IMG/VR virus record: IMGVR_UViG_3300020190_000008
Strand: one strand, 5' to 3'
DNA: 64,000 bases
DNA from: a virus
Under the pieces are notes generated by a model. It ran no database searches. It worked only from the letters and a program-made list of their open reading frames with translations, and was not told the origin of the DNA. This document shows positions 10,018 to 19,824 of the stretch, piece after piece. The translations under genes and the position numbers were made by a program. Numbering within the stretch: the first letter of the stretch is position 1; the number at the start of each line of letters is the position of its first letter.

Positions 10018-12111
10018 ATGCGAATAAAAGTAAAGCACCATAAATGTGATATGTCTCAAAAAGATAGGGACTTGGCTAATGACTTTATAAAGTTTTTACA
10101 AAAAAAATATCCATTAAAAGAAGATATTACAATTATTTTTACCGGTGAAAGATTTGGTACTATGACATCTGGAAGTAGAACACAAGATTCTGAATTAAAA
10201 ATATTAACTAAAGGAAGGATGAATAGAGATATTTTCAGAACTTTGGCACACGAATGGGTACACGAATGGCAAATTAATATAAAGGGTAAAAAACCAAAAC
10301 AAGACATTGGTGGCCCACTGGAAGATGAAGCAAATGCTGAAGCTGGTTCTTTGTTAAAAAAATTTGAAAAAAATTTTCCAGATAAAGAAGAAATGATGTA
10401 TGAAGGTATAAATAAAAAGATAAATCTTTTAAAAGAAAGTATTTTAATAACAGAAAAACAAACTATTAGAGAAGAATTTATTTTGGAAATGAAAAAAATT
10501 GGTATTGAAAAATTACCGTACTCATATTCCGCTTTAAAACAATTTGTTGATCCAGAAACTATGGACATACATTATAACAAACATTATAAAGGGTATGTTA
10601 AAAAATTAAACGACGCTCTTTCTAAAAAGAACTATAAAGATGTTGATTTAGAAGATATTATAAAATCAATAAGTAAGTACGATACAAAGGTTAGAAATAA
10701 TGCTGGTGGCGCATTTAATCACGCATTATTTTGGAAAATGTTATCACCAAAAAAACAAATACCAAAAGGTGAAATTTTTGAAAAAATTACCAAACAATAT
10801 GGTAATATCAAAAAGATGAAAGATGAGTTTAATGATGTTGCAAAAGAAAGATTTGGTTCTGGTTGGGTTTGGCTTGTTTTAACAAAAACAAATAGGTTAA
10901 AAATTATGTCAACACCAAATCAAGATAACCCACTTATGAATATTATTAAAGACGGTGGATATCCATTACTAGGTCTTGATGTTTGGGAGCACGCTTATTA
11001 TTTAAGATATAGAAATAAAAGAGACAAATATATTAAAAAATTCTGGAATCATATAAATTGGGAATTTGTTAATGAACTTTATGTTGGTAAATCTAAGAAA
11101 AAATTAAACGAAACTTATTTAAGAATTCTATTGGAAAGTGAAGAATTTGAGCCGGATGTTAAAAAAGCTATGAATAGAGAATTACAAAAAATTAGATTAA
11201 TACCTTTGGATGCTGAAGCTGCTGAAGTTGCAATAAATAATATTATAACAACTGAAATTGATGAACGTGGTTTAAAATTTAATAGAACAATCGAAGGTCT
11301 TATGAATTTAGATTTATCTGAAACTTCAGAAAGAACAAGATTTAGATTTAATAACTATTATCAAAGATTTATTAGAAGTAGGTCAAGAGGTTTAGATTTT
11401 GAAGCTTTAGTTTCTGGTTTACTTGGTGGTCAAATTTCATCTGGGTTAAACACCCCTTATGATTTAATAACACCAGATGGGTTAAAAATTTCTTGTAAGA
11501 TTGTAAGAAACACAAGTGAATCACCCGTTTTGAAAGGAATCAAAGCATCACTTTCTGATTATATTAATTCATATACCGGTAGTGAAGAAAATAAAAAATA
11601 TTTACAATCAATTGAAGGTGAATCTAATTTTATTGCACATTTAATTAATAGTCGAAACCAAGATATTATTAATGTTGCTGAAGATTTAATAGGTTATTTA
11701 TTAAGTGATATTGATGGTATGTTATTAGGTGTTCCAAAAGACAATTATGAAATATCATTATATTATTATGATAAGAATGCTCTTAAAAACATTCTTAAAT
11801 TACCTGGTATGACCACAGCTCCAAAGTCTAAAAATTCACAACAAATTAGATTTTCAACAAAGATATTAAAATTAATAGGTTCTGAAGTATCACCGCAAAG
11901 AGGTGTAATTAAGTTTCCAGAAATATCAACACAGGAATATTCAGAATTTTTATTGGGTGATGAAAAAACAAAAGAAGTTTTAGATATATTCAATAGTTTA
12001 GGTCAAAGATATGGTGTTGGTAAATTAGGTGATAATATTCCACAAGACATTATTAGGAACCTTTCAAGAAATGAAAGATTTAAGTTTGACATCAGAAGGA
12101 TACTAAAATAA
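10018..12111 (+). CDS. sod: Tripartite protein: HExxH zincin-like domain + Fe/Mn superoxide dismutase + PD-(D/E)XK-like C-terminal domain
   Basis: AHEWVH; SOD motifs LPYSYSAL, IHYNKHY, NNAGGAFNHALFW, FGSGWVWL, NQD, DVWEHAYY; C-terminal RGLDFE...PYDL...ISCK. Confidence 0.85.
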   Translation: MRIKVKHHKCDMSQKDRDLANDFIKFLQKKYPLKEDITIIFTGERFGTMTSGSRTQDSELKILTKGRMNRDIFRTLAHEWVHEWQINIKGKKPKQDIGGPLEDEANAEAGSLLKKFEKNFPDKEEMMYEGINKKINLLKESILITEKQTIREEFILEMKKIGIEKLPYSYSALKQFVDPETMDIHYNKHYKGYVKKLNDALSKKNYKDVDLEDIIKSISKYDTKVRNNAGGAFNHALFWKMLSPKKQIPKGEIFEKITKQYGNIKKMKDEFNDVAKERFGSGWVWLVLTKTNRLKIMSTPNQDNPLMNIIKDGGYPLLGLDVWEHAYYLRYRNKRDKYIKKFWNHINWEFVNELYVGKSKKKLNETYLRILLESEEFEPDVKKAMNRELQKIRLIPLDAEAAEVAINNIITTEIDERGLKFNRTIEGLMNLDLSETSERTRFRFNNYYQRFIRSRSRGLDFEALVSGLLGGQISSGLNTPYDLITPDGLKISCKIVRNTSESPVLKGIKASLSDYINSYTGSEENKKYLQSIEGESNFIAHLINSRNQDIINVAEDLIGYLLSDIDGMLLGVPKDNYEISLYYYDKNALKNILKLPGMTTAPKSKNSQQIRFSTKILKLIGSEVSPQRGVIKFPEISTQEYSEFLLGDEKTKEVLDIFNSLGQRYGVGKLGDNIPQDIIRNLSRNERFKFDIRRILK

Positions 12112-12141
12112 TTTATTGTGATATTTATATAAAAAATCACA

Positions 12142-13272
12142 ATGGCAATTATTGACGAACCAGAAAGAAGTAAGTTATATACCAAAGTAAGACATTTACT
12201 TGGTGCTCCATTAAGAAGTGTCGAATTGGAAGATGAACAAATGGACACTTTACTTGAATTTTCAATTGATGAATATTCACAATATGTTCAGGATTGGTTA
12301 ATTGAGTCTCAATGGACAGCACTTTATAATCTCAATTTGGATACTCAATCATTGGCAAAAGCTTTCACAACAAGAAGTTTGGACTATGAAACAAGATACA
12401 CATATGCCTATTCGAAAATTGTTGGACTTCAAGCTGGTGGTGAATGGGAATTGAAGAAAGACTACATACAGTTGGTACCAGAACAACAAATCTATGAAAT
12501 ACCAACAAATAGAGAAATAAACGAACTACTTTGGTTCACACCAGCAACGCTAAATAATACTATGTTTGATCCTTGGTCTTTCGGAGCCCTAGGTTTAGGT
12601 GGTGGTTTAGGTGGTGGAGGTGGTCTTGCACAAATGGGTAGTATGGGTGGTAGTTATTTTATGATGCCTGCTTTTGATATGTTATTAAGAATGCAAGAAA
12701 TTAATATACAAAGAAGAATTATAGTTGGGGATTTAACATACAGAATTACCGCATTACCAGACGGTAAAAAAGCAATTCATTTATTAAATACACCTGGTGG
12801 TAAATTTGACTGGGGTAATGCTAGTTTAACAAAAGGTAGAGTTTGGTATTGGTATTATGATGTTGGTCCTGGTGAAAGGGATAAATGTTTAGCAAATAAT
12901 CCAGATATAATAAAATTACCATCTGATGTTCCATTTGATAAAATGAGTTGGTTTGATTTAAATAATCCAGCACAAGTTTGGGTTAGAAGATGGTTTATTG
13001 CATATTGTAAAGAAACACTATCAAGAGTTCGTGGTAAGTTTAGTGGTAATTTAAAAACTGGCGAAGGTGGTGATTTAACTTTGGATTATACATCACTGGC
13101 GACCGAAGCCAAAGATGAAAAAACAAAACTTATTGACGAACTTATAGGTGCTGAAGGAAGACTTACTCGTTTAAAACCAGAAAAGGTTATGGAACGTGAA
13201 GCATTACTTGCAGAAAACTTAAATAAACAGCTCAAGTTTAGAGCTATGCCAAGACAAATTTATGTAATATGA
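12142..13272 (+). CDS. Neck protein (T4 gp13-like head-tail adaptor)
   Basis: LGAPLRSVELEDEQ N-terminus and RVRGKFSG...GGDLTLD C-terminus. Confidence 0.8.
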   Translation: MAIIDEPERSKLYTKVRHLLGAPLRSVELEDEQMDTLLEFSIDEYSQYVQDWLIESQWTALYNLNLDTQSLAKAFTTRSLDYETRYTYAYSKIVGLQAGGEWELKKDYIQLVPEQQIYEIPTNREINELLWFTPATLNNTMFDPWSFGALGLGGGLGGGGGLAQMGSMGGSYFMMPAFDMLLRMQEINIQRRIIVGDLTYRITALPDGKKAIHLLNTPGGKFDWGNASLTKGRVWYWYYDVGPGERDKCLANNPDIIKLPSDVPFDKMSWFDLNNPAQVWVRRWFIAYCKETLSRVRGKFSGNLKTGEGGDLTLDYTSLATEAKDEKTKLIDELIGAEGRLTRLKPEKVMEREALLAENLNKQLKFRAMPRQIYVI

Positions 13273-13640
13273 TAAAAGTAGAAAACATAACACCAAGAAA
13301 AAATGTTGTAAAATATCAAACACATTCTTTTGTTGAACCACAAGTTGTTATTGACAAACCAAAAGAAGTTTATAAAATAATTTCAGATTCTACTTATACA
13401 ACAAATGATGAAACATTTTTAATTGTAAAAGATGTTGAAAACTCGGAAGTCTTACTCAATTCTGAAATTACAACAAAAATTACAATAAAGTCACTAACAA
13501 ATGTTTTAGTTAAATCAGATGTAGGTTCTATTGATGAAGAATGGGACGAACTACTTTTAGAAAAAGGAGCTTGTGTTCAGTTTCAATTTGTAGAAGGGAA
13601 CTGGTATGTTATTGCTAGTGATGGACTAAAGATGGGTTAG
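13269..13640 (+). CDS. Hypothetical protein, probably a structural beta-strand module
   Basis: ATGA overlap with the neck gene; ends ...QFVEGNWYVI like fibre-associated modules. Confidence 0.6.
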   Translation: MIKVENITPRKNVVKYQTHSFVEPQVVIDKPKEVYKIISDSTYTTNDETFLIVKDVENSEVLLNSEITTKITIKSLTNVLVKSDVGSIDEEWDELLLEKGACVQFQFVEGNWYVIASDGLKMG

Positions 13641-16570
13641 ATATAAACTTCCCACCCATCTTCAGCCAATTCATAAATATATTCTGGATTAATACCAACA
13701 TTTTTCCAAAAAACAACTTCACCTTGTTCCATATCGATGAGGTCTTTTTGTATGTCGTCTTGATCTTTTTCTTCAAAAGGAACTCCGTTTATTAATTCAC
13801 ATTGGTTTTTTGTAAAGAAAGGTCTTTCTTCTGGATTCTTAACTAAAAGTCCGTCTCTTACTTCTTCTTTGAAAACAACAAGTAATGGTTCCACTCTTTT
13901 ATTAAATGTTGCAATTGCTCTTTGTATGTTATATTCACCAGTTAACCCTGGATTACTTTCTAATTCTTGGGGGTCAATTCGATAACAATTAAGTTGTATA
14001 ACTGAGTCTGTGGTTGTTAACTTATACGCTAAGTCAGTTGGGATACCCGTATTAGCTTCTTTATTTTTAGCATCACTTCGTACCCAGTTATCGTCAGACC
14101 AAGATTGTTCCCAACCATTGTTTTTTAAAAAATTTTCTTTTTGTTTGAAATCAACTTTAGATGTTTTACTATCTGAGAAAAACAAATCAATTTGTTCTTT
14201 AGTCCATCCTTTTTTAGGTTGGTTAACTTTCTGAACATCACCGTGTGAAGCTTTTGTTCCATTGTTTACATAATATATAACATCACCAAGATTAACATTA
14301 AGACCTTCTCTTATTGCAAGTTCCATATGAGCTTGTCTTGACATTTCAGCACCAGCTTTTGTTTTAGTTTTACTTCTTTTTATATAATCATTAATAGATT
14401 GTTTAATTTTTGCCTTGTTTGCAATATCCATAAGTGGAATCTTTTGGTCAAATATTCTTTCTAGATATTCGTAGTACCACTCAACAAATGATTGTCCGTC
14501 ACCATTAAGTAATAATTTAACACCTTTATCTAAAAACAATTCAATATACTTTGGCATCTTTTTAGATTTAATTGTATTACCTGTAAGTTTTACTTTTCCA
14601 TTAATTTCTAATGTTGCGTAGTTTTTACGAGCAAGGTTAATACAAGAATTCCAAGTACCGTCACAATCAAGTCCCATTGTACCACGCATGAACCGGTCGT
14701 TAAATTCGGCCACATCGGCATCATATCCGATATATTCCTTTCCTTCTTTAACTAACCAGTTTAATCCACGACCAATGTATTTTTTATCTTCCAAACCTTC
14801 ATCTGGTAAAGAAAAGTTCATACCATCTGTATCACATACTAGTGGTGTGTACCCTCGTTTCATAAAGAATTTTAACATCTGTCTTAAATACTGACGACCA
14901 GTACAAGTAATCTGTTCTCCTTTATCCATATCACCCCATGGAAATACTTGTGGGGCTGAAAGAGCACCAAATAAAGAGTTGATAAAAATCTTAATTGGTA
15001 ACTGTTTTGTGTCAAATGATTTTGCTTTTTTCTTATCAATTGATTTATATTCAGATGCCAAATTTTTATACATAATACGGGTATCCCTAAAGTAAGATAA
15101 TAAACCTTTCATTACACCAGTAATATCTGATTCCGGAAAAACATCGTGCGTTAATTGAATAGATGGATAAAGGGAAGAGTAGTCAAGCTTTAATACATCT
15201 TTTGAATATCCAGTTTTAAGTAATCGTGATAATCCACCAACAAAATTTCTTTTCTCTTTTTTTGCTGGGATTGCAAGTCCATTCTTATAGGACCAGGCAA
15301 GCATTACAAGTTTCCAGATTGTTGCTGTTCCCATTGTTGAAACCCTTTCATATGTTGTTGGAAGAAGAGATGCAAGAAGAAATGACCCTTGGTTGAACTC
15401 TTCATCAACAAGTAGGGTTTCTTCCAAGTCATCGTCAAGGTAACGCTCTACAATATCATCACCAGTTGTTTGAATATAAATGTCAGTTCTTCTTGAACAT
15501 ACTTCATCTATTTTTTCATCAACACCAACCTTTTTATATTTACCGTTTTCAATATTTAACCAATACAAGTTTTTTTCTTTGTATAAGGAACCAATCTTAT
15601 CGTGGTCAATATAAACACGGTCACTAGCTTCAGCATCAATAAATTTTGTGATGTATTTAAGACCAGCTTCCTTAATTGATGAATTGATTGCTTGTGCTCT
15701 ACGAACTGAATGGATAATATCAATAATGTTATAACCCCACATTTGAGTTTGGGTAAAACTTTCAACTTCGTTTCCTAACTTTAATATTGATTCTTTTTGT
15801 GTGATAGATCTTTCACCGTGAAGTGACTTTGCAACTTTTTTAATATCAAGATTTAACATTTTACATCTTTCATAAATCCAATACCAGTCAAAGTTTGCTG
15901 AGTTGTATCCGGAAATAATTGAAGGTTTTATCTCGTCAATAATTTTAAAGAACTCAACAATACCTTTTCTTTCTTCATCTTCATTTGAACACTCAATTAC
16001 TTTTTTATGACCTTTATTTGTTTTAATTCCAATCATAAAAATTTGACCATCCTTTGGTTCCAAAGAGGTCGTCTCAAGGTCAAATACAAGTCTTGTGATA
16101 TCGTTGTAATCTTCAAATCCCTTAAATAATCTTTTTTCTTTTGAAATAAGGAATTGTTCTGTTGGTGTTAACATTAAGAACTTATCTTTTACTTTTTCAC
16201 CCCAAGGATCAATTCCACCATCTCTAAAAAATTGTGTAAGAGCTCTATATCCCTTTAGTGATTTGACTAAGAAAGTGAGACCTTTTTCTAATTGTTCATT
16301 ACCATCTGTTCTCAATTTTTCTATGATAATTCCATACTTGGTCATAGCTTCTTTTTGTAATGCTTTGGAACCTTGATAAAAATTAAGACCTTTTAAATCG
16401 CCAACCCAAGCAAATGCAATTAAACTATCTCTAGCAATTGATTTTCCTTTTCCTGGTACTTCTTTGATTTTATAAATGTGGTCTTTTTGATAGTCAAACT
16501 CAATTGCCACAATGTGTTCTTCTGTGTCGTTTCCTTCTAGAAACGATTTAATTTCTTCTGCTGTAATCAT
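13637..16570 (-). CDS. polB: DNA polymerase, family B
   Basis: Exo I FDLETT, Exo II YNSANFD, motif A LDYSSLYPSI, motif B KIFINSLFG, motif C CDTDG; ATG start MITAEE at 16570 preferred. Confidence 0.95.
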   Translation of the reverse strand: MITAEEIKSFLEGNDTEEHIVAIEFDYQKDHIYKIKEVPGKGKSIARDSLIAFAWVGDLKGLNFYQGSKALQKEAMTKYGIIIEKLRTDGNEQLEKGLTFLVKSLKGYRALTQFFRDGGIDPWGEKVKDKFLMLTPTEQFLISKEKRLFKGFEDYNDITRLVFDLETTSLEPKDGQIFMIGIKTNKGHKKVIECSNEDEERKGIVEFFKIIDEIKPSIISGYNSANFDWYWIYERCKMLNLDIKKVAKSLHGERSITQKESILKLGNEVESFTQTQMWGYNIIDIIHSVRRAQAINSSIKEAGLKYITKFIDAEASDRVYIDHDKIGSLYKEKNLYWLNIENGKYKKVGVDEKIDEVCSRRTDIYIQTTGDDIVERYLDDDLEETLLVDEEFNQGSFLLASLLPTTYERVSTMGTATIWKLVMLAWSYKNGLAIPAKKEKRNFVGGLSRLLKTGYSKDVLKLDYSSLYPSIQLTHDVFPESDITGVMKGLLSYFRDTRIMYKNLASEYKSIDKKKAKSFDTKQLPIKIFINSLFGALSAPQVFPWGDMDKGEQITCTGRQYLRQMLKFFMKRGYTPLVCDTDGMNFSLPDEGLEDKKYIGRGLNWLVKEGKEYIGYDADVAEFNDRFMRGTMGLDCDGTWNSCINLARKNYATLEINGKVKLTGNTIKSKKMPKYIELFLDKGVKLLLNGDGQSFVEWYYEYLERIFDQKIPLMDIANKAKIKQSINDYIKRSKTKTKAGAEMSRQAHMELAIREGLNVNLGDVIYYVNNGTKASHGDVQKVNQPKKGWTKEQIDLFFSDSKTSKVDFKQKENFLKNNGWEQSWSDDNWVRSDAKNKEANTGIPTDLAYKLTTTDSVIQLNCYRIDPQELESNPGLTGEYNIQRAIATFNKRVEPLLVVFKEEVRDGLLVKNPEERPFFTKNQCELINGVPFEEKDQDDIQKDLIDMEQGEVVFWKNVGINPEYIYELAEDGWEVYI

Positions 16571-16663
16571 TATATATTTTTTTGAGTGGTTTATTTGCTG
16601 TCGTATCAAACGACATTTACCTTACCTCAATAAATATATTTAAATTGTCTAATAATGTCAAAT

Positions 16664-16696
16664 AAAAAACCCCAACCTAAGTTTAAAGTTGGGGGT
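16664..16696 (-). terminator. Rho-independent terminator
   Basis: Minus strand CCCCAAC...GTTGGGG stem followed by TTTTTT. Confidence 0.7.
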
Positions 16697-16703
16697 AATT
16701 TTT

Positions 16704-16901
16704 TCAATTCAATAACAAAGCGTGTAATTCTTGTTCCGCCCAAGTTTCTTTAAACTCGACTTCTTTTAGAATTGGACCGTTTTCAGTTCTAAATCTAATT
16801 CCTCTTGGTACTTGTCTAATTGCAATTACCTTGTGTTCACCAATTGTGATTGGTTCTTCATACTTAAATAATAATTTAATTTCCTTTTTTGTTTTTTTTA
16901 T
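16704..16901 (-). CDS. Small 65-aa ORF with ATA in the start position
   Basis: Open frame IKKTKKEIKLLFKYEEPITIGEHKVIAIRQVPRGIRFRTENGPILKEVEFKETWAEQELHALLLN fills the gap between fibre gene and terminator; no in-frame ATG/GTG/TTG near the 5' end. Confidence 0.5.
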   Translation of the reverse strand: MKKTKKEIKLLFKYEEPITIGEHKVIAIRQVPRGIRFRTENGPILKEVEFKETWAEQELHALLLN

Positions 16902-16910
16902 TTTTATTTA

Positions 16911-19202
16911 TTAAAGTCTTACAGCTCCTATTGAATCAGTACCTTGGTTATAATAAAAATAAGTGTTGCCTGCTACCGCACCTGCTGCTATTGTTATTGC
17001 AGCACTTGCTGCTGCATGATTCAAATAAGATGGTAATTCTGTATTAGCAACTATAAATGCAGGACTAAAACCATTACCATTACCTGCGTTAATACCTAAA
17101 GAAATTACATTATTTCCCGAGTTACTAGAGGCTGAACCTGTTCCCAATGCCGTTACATCATTTCCTATGTTGCAAAATGCTGAACCTTGTCCCAATGCGG
17201 TTACATTATTTCCCGTGTTGAAATATGCTGAATAATTTCCCAATGCTGTTACAGTACTTCCTGAGTTCCTAAAGGCTGAACTACAACCCAATACGGTTAC
17301 ATCATTTCCTGAGTTTGAATACGCTGAATTTGTTCCCAATGCTGTTATGTAACTTCCCGAGTTACTAGAGGCTGAACTTCTTCCCAATGCGGTTACATAA
17401 CTTCCTATGTTGGATTCTGCTGAATTTGGTCCCAATGCCGTTACATCATTTCCTATGTTGCAAAATGCTGAATTTATTCCCAATGCGGTTACAGTAGTTC
17501 CTAAGTTCCTAAAGGCTGAATTACAACCCAATGCGGTTACATCATCTCCTGAGTTCCTAGAGGCTGAACCTTGTCCCAATGCGGTTATACAATTTCCTAT
17601 GTTGCAACTAGCCGATTGGGTCCCCAATGCGGTTACATTATTTCCTGTGTTGTAACACGTCGATTGAATCCCCAATGCGGTTACGTAACTTCCCGAGTTA
17701 CTAGAGGCTGAACCTGTTCCCAATGCGGTAACAGTACTTCCTGAGTTCCTAAAGGCTGAATCTGGTCCCAATGCCGTTACATCATTTCCTAAGTTACAAT
17801 ATGCTGAATTTATTCCCAATGCGGTTACATTATTTCCTATGTTGCAAAAAACTGAACATGTTCCCAATGCTGTTACAGTACTTCCTGAGTTCCTAAAGGC
17901 TGAATTACAACCCAATACGGTTACATCATTTCCTAAGTTACAATATGCTGAATTTATTCCCAATGCGGTTACCCTATTTCCTCTGTTGCAAAAAGCTGAA
18001 TAATTTCCAGATGCGGTCACAGTAGTTCCTAAGTTCCTAAAGGCTGAACAATTACCCAATGCGGTTACATCATTTCCTGTGTTACAATACGCTGAACTTG
18101 TTCCCAATACTGTTATAGTACTTCCTGAGTTCATAAAGGCTGAACTTCTTCCCAATGCTGTTACATTATTTCCTGTGTTGGAATATGCTGAATAATTTCC
18201 CGATGCGGTTACATTATTTCCTGTGTTACAATACGCTGAATTTATTCCCGATGCGGTTACACCATTTCCTGTGTTACAATACGCTGAATTTGTTCCCAAT
18301 GCAGTTACAGTAGTTCCTGAGTTCCTAAAGGCTGAACGATAACCCGATGCGGTTACATTATATCCTATATTGCAAAGAGCCGATAGAGTTCCCACCGCGG
18401 TGAGATTATTTCCTGTGTTGCAAAGGGCTGACTGTATTCCCAATGCGGTTACACAAGCTCCTTTGTTACAAAAAGCCGAATCTCCACCCAATGCGGTTAC
18501 ACTATCTCCGATGTTGTAATAGGCTGAACGATAACCCGTTGCGGTTACATTATATCCTGTGTTGAAATATGCTGAATAATTTCCCAATGCGGTCAAAGTA
18601 TTTCCTGTATTAAAAAAAGCTGATTGATAACCCGATGCTGTTACATCATCTCCTTTGTTGTATCTTGCTGAATTTGTTCCCAATGCAATCACCCTAACTC
18701 CTGTGTTATAATAGGCTGAATCTGTTCCAAGTGCAATTACATTTATTCCTGAATTTCCAAATCCTGCGTTTGTTCCTTGAAAATTGTTTCCATCTATAAG
18801 GTCGTGATTGAAATCTAATACTTGTTGTAGTGTTGGTGTTCCACCAGTTGTAAATCCTGTAATACCAAATGACGTTCCGTTATTATCTTCTAATGTTAGT
18901 GTACCAGTTGTATTATCATATGTTCCTCCAGTAACAAAAAAATCTGTACCACCTGTATATAGTCCACTAATTGATACAGAACCATTTTGTCTATCAAGTG
19001 TGATTGTACCATTAGAATATGTTCCTCCAGTAATAAAATTATCTGAAAAACCACTCAATATATAGTTTTTGAATTGACTAATTGGTGTGTGTTTTGTTTC
19101 ACCAGTTACACTAACCAAGTAATTTACAATTGGAATAATGTCGCTCGTTGTATAACCTGAATTACCTAAGTATGGTAATTCCGAAATTCTTTTATCTGCC
19201 AT
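16911..19202 (-). CDS. Fibre/adhesin protein with about 35 16-aa beta-roll repeats (YadA-head-like)
   Basis: MADKRISELP N-terminus, TGGTY modules, TPTLQQVL linker, repeats NxGxxVTALGxxSA(F/Y)x. Confidence 0.8.
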   Translation of the reverse strand: MADKRISELPYLGNSGYTTSDIIPIVNYLVSVTGETKHTPISQFKNYILSGFSDNFITGGTYSNGTITLDRQNGSVSISGLYTGGTDFFVTGGTYDNTTGTLTLEDNNGTSFGITGFTTGGTPTLQQVLDFNHDLIDGNNFQGTNAGFGNSGINVIALGTDSAYYNTGVRVIALGTNSARYNKGDDVTASGYQSAFFNTGNTLTALGNYSAYFNTGYNVTATGYRSAYYNIGDSVTALGGDSAFCNKGACVTALGIQSALCNTGNNLTAVGTLSALCNIGYNVTASGYRSAFRNSGTTVTALGTNSAYCNTGNGVTASGINSAYCNTGNNVTASGNYSAYSNTGNNVTALGRSSAFMNSGSTITVLGTSSAYCNTGNDVTALGNCSAFRNLGTTVTASGNYSAFCNRGNRVTALGINSAYCNLGNDVTVLGCNSAFRNSGSTVTALGTCSVFCNIGNNVTALGINSAYCNLGNDVTALGPDSAFRNSGSTVTALGTGSASSNSGSYVTALGIQSTCYNTGNNVTALGTQSASCNIGNCITALGQGSASRNSGDDVTALGCNSAFRNLGTTVTALGINSAFCNIGNDVTALGPNSAESNIGSYVTALGRSSASSNSGSYITALGTNSAYSNSGNDVTVLGCSSAFRNSGSTVTALGNYSAYFNTGNNVTALGQGSAFCNIGNDVTALGTGSASSNSGNNVISLGINAGNGNGFSPAFIVANTELPSYLNHAAASAAITIAAGAVAGNTYFYYNQGTDSIGAVRL
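17100..18760 (-). repeat. Coding 48-nt tandem repeat array (about 35 units)
   Basis: CCCAATGCGGTTAC-type core recurs every 48 nt (e.g. 17287, 17335). Confidence 0.9.
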
Positions 19203-19248
19203 TTTTTTTTATTTTATAAATAGTTTTATTTTTATAAATTCTTTACTT

Positions 19249-19797
19249 TTAATAAATTATTTTATCATTGTTTTCTGTATACAGAACATTACCGTTTTCT
19301 GTTAGTATATAAAATGTTTCTGGTAATGGACTTGGTGGTATATAACATATTGTTGTTGTGGTTGAAGTAATAACTGGGCTTGTATTACAACAAGGAAATT
19401 CACTAACATAACAATTGTTATATTCTAATGAATCACCAATAAAACTTTCTTGTACATCAATATATAACTTATCTCTCAAAGGTAGTATCAAAACACCATC
19501 ATCATTTCTGAATAAAAATTGTCCTTCATACCTACCAACCTTTCTTGTATCTGTATTTGAAAACTGATAATAAACATAATATTCTGGTTCGGCATTTGGG
19601 TCCAACATTTCTTTTGCGACAAATCCTGCTGGTCTTGTGATAATCTTTGGTATCCCAGTATCAACATCAACCATTGAAAAGAATATCGCAGATTCTTCAA
19701 TAAGACTCATCATTCTATTAAAATCACTTCTGCCGTCTTTGACAACTTGCATTTTTAATAAAGGAAGGGTTGCATTTTTCTTAATAAAGAATTCCAT
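19249..19797 (-). CDS. BppU-like baseplate/structural protein
   Basis: MEFFIKKNATLPLLKM...YQF..DT..VGRYEGQF pattern; C-terminal YILTENG motif. Confidence 0.6.
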   Translation of the reverse strand: MEFFIKKNATLPLLKMQVVKDGRSDFNRMMSLIEESAIFFSMVDVDTGIPKIITRPAGFVAKEMLDPNAEPEYYVYYQFSNTDTRKVGRYEGQFLFRNDDGVLILPLRDKLYIDVQESFIGDSLEYNNCYVSEFPCCNTSPVITSTTTTICYIPPSPLPETFYILTENGNVLYTENNDKIIY

Positions 19798-19824
19798 TTA
19801 TAGTTTTTACTATAAATATACCAA

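Noticed and set aside
17100-18760. CRISPR array
   Set aside because: The period is 48 nt in frame within an ORF, there is no repeat/unique-spacer alternation, and no cas genes are present
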